Made by a program: the position numbers and the translations under genes. DNA of 64,000 bases from an uncultured Phycisphaerales bacterium (lineage in GTDB: Bacteria; Planctomycetota; Phycisphaerae; Phycisphaerales; UBA1924): positions 147,464 through 211,463 of the forward strand of contig CAXBMD010000003.1 in the NCBI GenBank assembly GCA_963976955.1, in the 5' to 3' direction. This document shows positions 57,563 to 64,000 of this stretch, piece after piece (the stretch's first letter is position 1; each line of letters begins with the position of its first letter). The notes under the pieces were generated by a model. The model had not been told where the DNA came from, did no database searches, and saw nothing but the letters and a program-made list of their open reading frames with translations.

Positions 57563-57578
57563 CTCAAGGAGGTTTCCG

Positions 57579-58457
57579 ATGATCCGTTTGAACAACATCA
57601 AGTTTTTCGGCGCGATGGGATCGCTGGTTCTGGTCTTCTCTGTGCCCAATGCACTTGCTCAACACGAGCACGATGCTCCGGATTCAGTACAAACTGCTGT
57701 GGCCGGGGAACCGATCAACACGATGTGTCCTGTAACAACCGATGAAGACGTCGATCCGGCGTTTACGGTTGTGTATGAAGGGCAAACCATTGGGTTCTGT
57801 TGTCGAAAATGTCGAACGCGGTTTGAAAAAGATCCCAAAGCGTATCTCTCTGAGTTACCGATGTTGCAAGCTGTTTCGCAAGTTGTTCAAACGGATCCGA
57901 TGCATGAAGATCTCGATGGGCATGATCATGCCCACGAGGAGATCGTTGAAGACGCTCACGAACATGCTGAGGGCGAGCAACACGATCACGCGACGGATCA
58001 CGACAAGGGTGATTCGGGGTTGTCCAAGTTGATTGCATGGATCGGAAAATTTCATCCACCGGCCACGCACCTCCCGATCGGCTTACTGATCGGGGCGGCG
58101 TTGGCCGAGGGATTATTTATCGTCACCAAACGGGAAGCATTTATGAACGCCACCGCGTTCTGTGTTGGATTTGGTGTTGTTGGTGTGCTTACTGCGGCGA
58201 CTCTTGGCTGGTTCAACGGCGGGTTCGTGCTTGTCGATGACGACTGGGTGCAACTCACGCATCGTTGGCTTGGGACCGGAACGACGCTGATGACCTTGGT
58301 CGCAGCCACACTCTTGCTCAAAGCTTCACGCAAAGGTACTGGAACAGGTTCTCGGAAAGGTTTTCGAGTTGCGTTATTCACAACCACAATCCTTGTTGGC
58401 GCTACCGGATTCTTCGGTGGCGCCCTTGTCTATGGGATCAATCATTATGCATGGTAA
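57579..58457 (+). CDS. YHS/TRASH-like domain protein fused to a DUF2231-like membrane domain
   Basis: A signal peptide is followed by MCPV...IGFCCRKCRTRFEKDP, a His/Asp/Glu-rich linker, and TM helices beginning FHPPATHLPIGLL. Confidence 0.7.
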   Translation: MIRLNNIKFFGAMGSLVLVFSVPNALAQHEHDAPDSVQTAVAGEPINTMCPVTTDEDVDPAFTVVYEGQTIGFCCRKCRTRFEKDPKAYLSELPMLQAVSQVVQTDPMHEDLDGHDHAHEEIVEDAHEHAEGEQHDHATDHDKGDSGLSKLIAWIGKFHPPATHLPIGLLIGAALAEGLFIVTKREAFMNATAFCVGFGVVGVLTAATLGWFNGGFVLVDDDWVQLTHRWLGTGTTLMTLVAATLLLKASRKGTGTGSRKGFRVALFTTTILVGATGFFGGALVYGINHYAW

Positions 58458-58857
58458 TAACACGACCAGCACCCGCCGGCTGGCTTATCAAGCCCCTGTT
58501 TTTCTCGGCTTGGTCACCCTGTTGGTGAGCGGATGTGTGCGGACGCGAACCATTGCTCCCGTTGGAGTCGGTCACTCCGCGTCACCACAAAGCGCATCAG
58601 TGGTGTTTATCAAACCGGAGAATCCATTCCTTCAACCAATCGGTCCATCAACGGGGCCTGCAGCAAATGATTCGTCAATGGATTCGATGCCTGGGATGGG
58701 GCAGAGCAGCTCCGGACTCATCATTTATTCGTGTCCGATGCACGCAGATGTGAGATCAGATCGCCCTGGGAACTGCCCAAAGTGTGGCATGACCCTCAAG
58801 CCAATGGAGATTCCATCCAGCGAGAAGCCGCAACATAGACATGGAGATATGCCATGA
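58447..58857 (+). CDS. Lipoprotein with a C-terminal heavy-metal-binding CPMH...CPKCGM domain
   Basis: A lipobox LLVSGC and YSCPMHADVRSDRPGNCPKCGMTL are present. The start overlaps the upstream stop. Confidence 0.65.
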   Translation: MHGNNTTSTRRLAYQAPVFLGLVTLLVSGCVRTRTIAPVGVGHSASPQSASVVFIKPENPFLQPIGPSTGPAANDSSMDSMPGMGQSSSGLIIYSCPMHADVRSDRPGNCPKCGMTLKPMEIPSSEKPQHRHGDMP

Positions 58858-60308
58858 GAAGAGTACTATGTGCAATCGGCTTGTACCCAGTGATTATCAC
58901 GCTCTCAGGGTGTTCAACAGTACCGGTAGATCGGAATATCGGAGTTGTGCAAGATGAGGTGTCCGTCCGAACAGGTGCATCACCGGCATGGCCAACGACC
59001 CCCGAGGCGAGAGCGAAGATTGATCGACGAGTCGCGGAGTTGCTGCAGGAGCCGATTGATTCCGATCGTGCCGTCACGATCGCATTGCTCAATAACCGGA
59101 TGCTCCGGGTCGAGCTCGCACGACTCGGCTTTGCCGAATCGGATTATATCAAAGCGGGTCTACTCGAAAATCCCAGCCTCACGGCAGGGTTTGGCTTCCC
59201 GGATCGACCACCAAGCGCGACCGAACTCGATTTCGGATTGACGATGAACCTGCTGAGGGTGCTCGTGATGCCCGCGAGTAAAGAGATTGCTCAGGTTAGA
59301 CTGGATTCTGAGACACTCAATGTTGCCGACGCAGCGATGCAGACCGTTGCCGAGACACGCGGTCTCTTTCTCGAGTTGCAAGCCTCAACGAACATGATGG
59401 CGGTTCTGAGAGAGATCGCAATGGCGGCGGAGGTCTCTGCGGAGTTTGCTCAGCGGACCTACAAGGCGGGGAATCTGAGTGAACTCGCACTTGCCAACGA
59501 GAAGGCGCTCTATGAACAAACCCGAATGGAGTACGCGAGGAGCCTTGCAGAGGTTGCCGAGAACCGGGAACGACTCAATGTCCAACTCGGTCTTTGGGGC
59601 GAGCAAACAGCTTGGACGATCGTGGATCGACTTCCAGAACTCCCACAGAACGAACCCAATCTCGAAGAACTCGAGAGTTTGGCGGTACACCAACGGCTGG
59701 ACCTCGCCGCGGCGGCCAAAGAAGTGGAAATGATCGCAAAGGCCGCGGGGCTCCAACGGGATTGGCGATACTTGCTTACGAGTGAAGTTGGATTCAATGC
59801 GGTTCGATCCTCGGATAGCCAGTGGGTGTATGGGCCAGCAATATCAGTTGAGATTCCTCTCTTTGATCAACGGCAATCCGAAATCATGAGGCTTGATACC
59901 GTTCTACTTGAATCAGAGGCAAAGCTCGAAGCAATCGCGATCAAAGCGAGGTCTGATGTTCGTAGACTCAGAGATAAGCTGTACGCGACACGCTACCAAG
60001 CAGAACATCTTCGTGACACAATCATCCCACTTCGGGAACAGATCACGGAGCTGACTCAACAGCAATACAACTTCATGTTGTCGGATACATTTGATCTGCT
60101 TGCCGCCAAGCGCGACGGGATCGCGGCGTACCGAGACTACCTGAGCAGCGTTCGAGATTACTGGGCGGTGCGCGTAGATCTCGAGCGTGCAGTCGGAGGC
60201 CGACTCCCATCCATTGAAGGTGAATCGGATATGTCAAAGCCACAAATGGAACCCCAAACACAACCAACCGAGATGAATCAACCATCGCACGATCATGGAG
60301 GTCACTGA
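58854..60308 (+). CDS. TolC-family outer-membrane efflux protein
   Basis: A lipobox LSGC is present, and the length and two-repeat helical pattern are typical of CusC/TolC-like proteins. Confidence 0.75.
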   Translation: MRRVLCAIGLYPVIITLSGCSTVPVDRNIGVVQDEVSVRTGASPAWPTTPEARAKIDRRVAELLQEPIDSDRAVTIALLNNRMLRVELARLGFAESDYIKAGLLENPSLTAGFGFPDRPPSATELDFGLTMNLLRVLVMPASKEIAQVRLDSETLNVADAAMQTVAETRGLFLELQASTNMMAVLREIAMAAEVSAEFAQRTYKAGNLSELALANEKALYEQTRMEYARSLAEVAENRERLNVQLGLWGEQTAWTIVDRLPELPQNEPNLEELESLAVHQRLDLAAAAKEVEMIAKAAGLQRDWRYLLTSEVGFNAVRSSDSQWVYGPAISVEIPLFDQRQSEIMRLDTVLLESEAKLEAIAIKARSDVRRLRDKLYATRYQAEHLRDTIIPLREQITELTQQQYNFMLSDTFDLLAAKRDGIAAYRDYLSSVRDYWAVRVDLERAVGGRLPSIEGESDMSKPQMEPQTQPTEMNQPSHDHGGH

Positions 60309-60309
60309 A

Positions 60310-61587
60310 ATGCTTACTCGACGAGAAATTTTAGCTTCGGGAGCCGCCGTAGGCGCGAGTGCCTTTCTCATTCGTCGAGCGAGAGCGGGTGAAGCACCCC
60401 CAATAATGCGGCCAAAGCTGGATGCTCCTAGACCGACGAATCACTCGGGAGGTCACGCACCCATCATCACACCCAATGGATCCTCGATGCCATTCCGTGC
60501 CGTTGATGGTGTCAAGGAGTTTCATCTCGTTGCTGAACCCGTCGAGCGTGAGTTTGCAGATGGGATGACGGTCAAGTGCTGGGGATACAACGGTCAGACC
60601 CCAGGGCCGACAATCGAGGTGACGCAGGGTGATCGAGTACGGCTGTTTGTCACCAACCGCCTTCCTGAACGCACTAGTGTTCATTGGCATGGACTCTTCA
60701 TCCCGTGCGGGATGGACGGGGTAACGGGATTGACACAACCCGGGATTCAGGTTGGTGAAACCTGGGTCTACGAGTTTACGATTCCAGATCAGCACGGCAC
60801 TTTCATGTACCACCCCCATGCAGACGAGATGACCCAGATGGCGTTTGGGATGATGGGGTTCTTCATCGTTCATCCCAAGGAAGCGAGATCAAACCCGATC
60901 GATCGTGATTTCGCGATCATGCTTCACAACTGGGCGGTCCATCCTGGCACCTATCGACCTGATCCAGCGGTCATGGTTGACTTTAACATGTGGACCTTTA
61001 ATAGCCGAGTATTCCCAGGGACCGAGCACCTTGTTGTACGGACAGGGGATCGGGTCCGCGTTCGATTCGGGAACCTGAGTATGTGGAATCACCCCATCCA
61101 TGTTCATGGACACGCATGGAAAGTGGTCGCAACCGATGGCGGGCAAATCCATGAACACGGCCAATGGCCCGAGACCACAGTCCTCGTCCCCGTTGGTACA
61201 ACACGCGATGTCGAGTTCATCGCCGACAATCCGGGAGACTGGGCACTCCACTGCCATATGTCCCACCACACAATGAACGCCATGGCTCACGACATCGTGA
61301 ACACGGTCGGGGTTGATCAGGCTGGCGTTGAAGACAAAATCCGATCACTGCTCCCCGGCTACATGGCAATGGGACGCGATGGGATGGAAGAAATGCAAGA
61401 CATGGCCGCCAACATGCCCGGCCCAGAAAACACCCTACCAATGATGATGGGTGACGGACAGTTTGGCAACATCGAAATGGGTGGGATGTTCACGGTTCTC
61501 AAAGTACGCGACGATGTCGAGAACTATGAAGATCCAGGGTGGTACAAGTTCCCAGATGGTTCGATCGCTCGAAAAACTGACATCTGA
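60310..61587 (+). CDS. Multicopper oxidase (CopA/CueO-like) with a Tat signal
   Basis: The Tat-type N-terminus is TRREILASGAAVGA. Copper-ligand motifs HWHG, HPHADEMTQ, HPIHVHGH and HCHMSHH are present. Confidence 0.9.
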   Translation: MLTRREILASGAAVGASAFLIRRARAGEAPPIMRPKLDAPRPTNHSGGHAPIITPNGSSMPFRAVDGVKEFHLVAEPVEREFADGMTVKCWGYNGQTPGPTIEVTQGDRVRLFVTNRLPERTSVHWHGLFIPCGMDGVTGLTQPGIQVGETWVYEFTIPDQHGTFMYHPHADEMTQMAFGMMGFFIVHPKEARSNPIDRDFAIMLHNWAVHPGTYRPDPAVMVDFNMWTFNSRVFPGTEHLVVRTGDRVRVRFGNLSMWNHPIHVHGHAWKVVATDGGQIHEHGQWPETTVLVPVGTTRDVEFIADNPGDWALHCHMSHHTMNAMAHDIVNTVGVDQAGVEDKIRSLLPGYMAMGRDGMEEMQDMAANMPGPENTLPMMMGDGQFGNIEMGGMFTVLKVRDDVENYEDPGWYKFPDGSIARKTDI

Positions 61588-61616
61588 TCTGAAGCGATTC
61601 ATGTATCTCTGTAAAG

Positions 61617-63146
61617 ATGCCGAACAGTGAGTCCGGGTACAAGTCCATGAACTATGCTATTGGAGTCTCAAAGCCGATGATTCGACAAACCATTCATACA
61701 GTGAGATCACGCTTCCAACGGGCGCGTCTTCGGACTCAACTGATAATTACGATCAATATCTTTGTTGCGGTGCTGTTGGCAGGGTACCTGTATACAGATT
61801 ATAACGAGAGTGTTCGTTCTCGTCTTGCGGATAAAGCTGTTTCCCTGAGCGACGAAGCAAGGACAATTCAAGCGGCTGTTCAAGAACTTCGTGAATTTGG
61901 CGATGAGGTCATCCAGCGGCATATTGACACTGTGTGTGCGACGATGAACTCTGGAGATTCACCTGGGCACATTATTGAAGTCACCGTTGATGATGTCCGA
62001 ATTTTCTCAGATGCTACAGAGCATTCACATGATCATTCATCACCCTGGTCAGAGCTCGTTATAGGGTCGTTCTCGATCGGTGATGTAGCGGTTCGAGTTG
62101 GTGAGAGAAGGAAACCTCTGGTTGCAAAGGTTCGGGGTGAATCACTGGAAGGCCTTGGAGTGTTGGTGAGCGTATCGGCTCTCGGCGCCTTGATATTGAA
62201 CTTGCTTTTAGTCAGGCTTGTGACTCGGCCGCTTGAGTACGCCGTCGCTGCCGTGCGTGATGTAGGGCGTGGAAAACTGGGTACCACCGTGGGCGTGAAT
62301 GCGAATTTCGAGTTGTCACAGTTGGCAAATGAAGTGTCACAGATGAGCCTAGAACTTGCTCGAAGAGACGGTGATCGGAATGCTCAGCTTGATCGTGCTC
62401 GACGGCTACAGACTCACCTTGTCCCAAATATTTTAAGCAAGGCTGGTATTGCAATTGCTATTGAGTTTCACCCAGCAGAAGAGATTGCCGGTGATTATGT
62501 TGATGTCATCGAATGTCCAAATGGTGACATTTTGTTCTGTGTTGCGGATGTTGTAGGGCATGGCATCCATGCCGCGATGGGCTCATCTGTACTCAAGGCT
62601 CTGCTGCTTGCTGTTGATATTGTGGATTTGTCGCCATCAGCGATGCTCGATTGGATCAATCAACGATTCTGTTCAGCCAGCCTCCCAGAGGACTTCGCAA
62701 CCATGATGTTGCTACGGCTTTCAGCGGACAGAAAGCGACTGGTATACGCCAGTGCTGGCCATGAACTTGGATATCTTCGGCACGCAGATGGAAAGATTCA
62801 GGAGCTGAACTCAACAGGTATGGTGCTGGGTATATCAAATGATGCTGAATTCGATGACATAGAGTATCAGCTCTATCTGGATGATTTCGTAGTGCTACTT
62901 TCAGATGGTGTCAGCGAGACATTCGATTCTAGTCGTACGATTCTGGGTCGAGATAAAGTCGTTTCGGTGATCCGGGATCCAGCTCACTCAGAAGCAAATG
63001 GTATGGCTAGTGAAATCATATCGGTGGCTTCCAAGCATCGGTGTGAGTCGCCAGCGCTCGATGATATGACGGTGCTCATTGTGAACATAACGCATCAAGC
63101 TGAGGTTTCGGTGCAGCCCGTCCAACGAAGCTCAATTCTGGCATAA
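61617..63146 (+). CDS. Membrane HAMP-domain PP2C/SpoIIE-family phosphatase
   Basis: Two TM segments flank a periplasmic segment. A HAMP-like LVRLVTRPLEYAVAAVRDVG is followed by the SpoIIE core AGDYVDV...VADVVGHG...GHELGY...LSDGV. Confidence 0.8.
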   Translation: MPNSESGYKSMNYAIGVSKPMIRQTIHTVRSRFQRARLRTQLIITINIFVAVLLAGYLYTDYNESVRSRLADKAVSLSDEARTIQAAVQELREFGDEVIQRHIDTVCATMNSGDSPGHIIEVTVDDVRIFSDATEHSHDHSSPWSELVIGSFSIGDVAVRVGERRKPLVAKVRGESLEGLGVLVSVSALGALILNLLLVRLVTRPLEYAVAAVRDVGRGKLGTTVGVNANFELSQLANEVSQMSLELARRDGDRNAQLDRARRLQTHLVPNILSKAGIAIAIEFHPAEEIAGDYVDVIECPNGDILFCVADVVGHGIHAAMGSSVLKALLLAVDIVDLSPSAMLDWINQRFCSASLPEDFATMMLLRLSADRKRLVYASAGHELGYLRHADGKIQELNSTGMVLGISNDAEFDDIEYQLYLDDFVVLLSDGVSETFDSSRTILGRDKVVSVIRDPAHSEANGMASEIISVASKHRCESPALDDMTVLIVNITHQAEVSVQPVQRSSILA

Positions 63147-63190
63147 TCACTTCTGCCACCGTGAACAAAGAAGAAATAGGGGATGTCGCC

Positions 63191-64000
63191 ATGAAGGAAC
63201 ACTCAAATAATAATACTCATCAATCGGATATTCGTGTTGTTGATCCCGTCTGTGGTATGAAGATAGATCCAGATGATGCTGCTGATGTTGTTGACTATCA
63301 GTCACGCCAGTACCATTTTTGCAGCTCATCATGCGCACAAAAATTCAAGAACGACCCGAATGAGTACCTACTGCCATTAATGAATCGTGCTGCTCCAGAT
63401 GCAGCGAAAGACGCGATCTACACCTGCCCTATGCATCCGGAGATCCAGCAGGTAGGCCCGGGCTCATGTCCCAAATGCGGGATGGCGCTTGAGCCGATGG
63501 ATTCAAGTGTCGAGCAGGATGATGGTGAACTACGAGATATGACTCGGAGATTCTTTGTTTCTGCGATACTCACATTGCCATTGCTTTTTATCGCAATGGG
63601 GAATCTGATCCCCGGACAACCAGTTGGCAAACTCATGGGTCACACAGCCGCACGATGGGCGGAGCTACTGCTCGCTACCCCGGTGATCGTGTATTGCGCT
63701 TGGCCATTCTTTGAACGGGCTGTGCAATCAGTGAAAAACAAGAGCCCGAACATGTTCACGCTCGTCGGGATGGGTGTGGGTGTGGCCTATGTATTTAGTA
63801 TGGTTGCCACATTAACACCTGGAATATTTCCTGAGGCATTCCGAAATGAATCAGGATTCGTCGCGGTGTACTTTGAAGCAGCAGCATTCATCACAATGCT
63901 CGTTCTTCTTGGACAGGTCCTCGAACTACGAGCAAGATCGCAGACAGGATCAGCAATACGCGAACTCTTAGAACTAGCTCCACCAACAGCATTACTCATC
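63191..64000 (+). CDS. Copper/silver-type P1B ATPase, 5' part (runs off the window)
   Basis: Hand translation is open through 64000. It shows a YHS/TRASH motif VDPVCGMKID...YHFCSSSCAQKF, then YTCPMHPEIQQVGPGSCPKCGMALEP, then TM helices and ...LGQVLELRARSQTGSAIRELLELAP. Confidence 0.85.
   Translation, partial: MKEHSNNNTHQSDIRVVDPVCGMKIDPDDAADVVDYQSRQYHFCSSSCAQKFKNDPNEYLLPLMNRAAPDAAKDAIYTCPMHPEIQQVGPGSCPKCGMALEPMDSSVEQDDGELRDMTRRFFVSAILTLPLLFIAMGNLIPGQPVGKLMGHTAARWAELLLATPVIVYCAWPFFERAVQSVKNKSPNMFTLVGMGVGVAYVFSMVATLTPGIFPEAFRNESGFVAVYFEAAAFITMLVLLGQVLELRARSQTGSAIRELLELAPPTALLI

Overview
This is a GC-rich bacterial chromosome segment, roughly 58-62% GC by eye. The lineage may be Planctomycetota-like, based on an ECF sigma / Ser-Thr kinase-WD40 pair and extended ribosomal proteins, but that call is low confidence. 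Positions 1-36.2 kb hold ordinary core genes: a degenerate GGDEF protein, an M16 peptidase, thiE, a pseudouridine synthase, hemW, an FHA protein, purA, uppS-cdsA, ruvB and an M28 lipoprotein peptidase. The same stretch carries the S10-spc-alpha ribosomal supercluster (rpsJ to rplQ, with secY, rpmJ and rpoA), followed by pheS, a GHL10-like lipoprotein, a ROK kinase and a Na+/solute symporter. A tRNA-Ser(CGA) at 36229-36315 marks the start of accessory DNA, which has four parts. (i) 36.5-42.2 kb is a GC-rich integrative module made of a large serine recombinase, a DUF2924-like protein, a terminase-large-subunit-like ATPase, a DUF5681-like protein and a ParB-N/DNA methyltransferase fusion. (ii) 42.2-50.8 kb is a low-GC region (about 40-47%) with two cassettes. 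The first cassette is a translationally coupled four-ORF operon resembling an ABC-three-component (ABC-3C) conflict system: a small TM protein, a CTD-like protein, a middle component and a Rad50/SMC-like ABC ATPase with a Zn ribbon in its coiled coil. The second cassette is a convergent 1258-aa protein whose only recognisable part is a C-terminal PD-(D/E)xK (Mrr-like) nuclease module. (iii) 50.8-55.4 kb encodes an ECF sigma factor overlapping a 1330-aa membrane Ser/Thr kinase with a WD40 propeller; the propeller contains a low-GC patch. (iv) 55.8-64.0 kb is a copper-type island with YHS/TRASH repeat proteins, a TolC-like protein, a multicopper oxidase, a HAMP-SpoIIE phosphatase and the 5' end of a P1B ATPase. 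A diverged direct-repeat family of about 100-350 nt sits at all four cassette junctions (42.3, 46.0, 50.7 and 55.4 kb). The best candidates for an undescribed system are the giant nuclease-tailed protein and the neighbouring ABC-3C-like operon, both framed by these junction repeats. All calls rest on reading the ORF translations and the DNA by eye; no database search was run.
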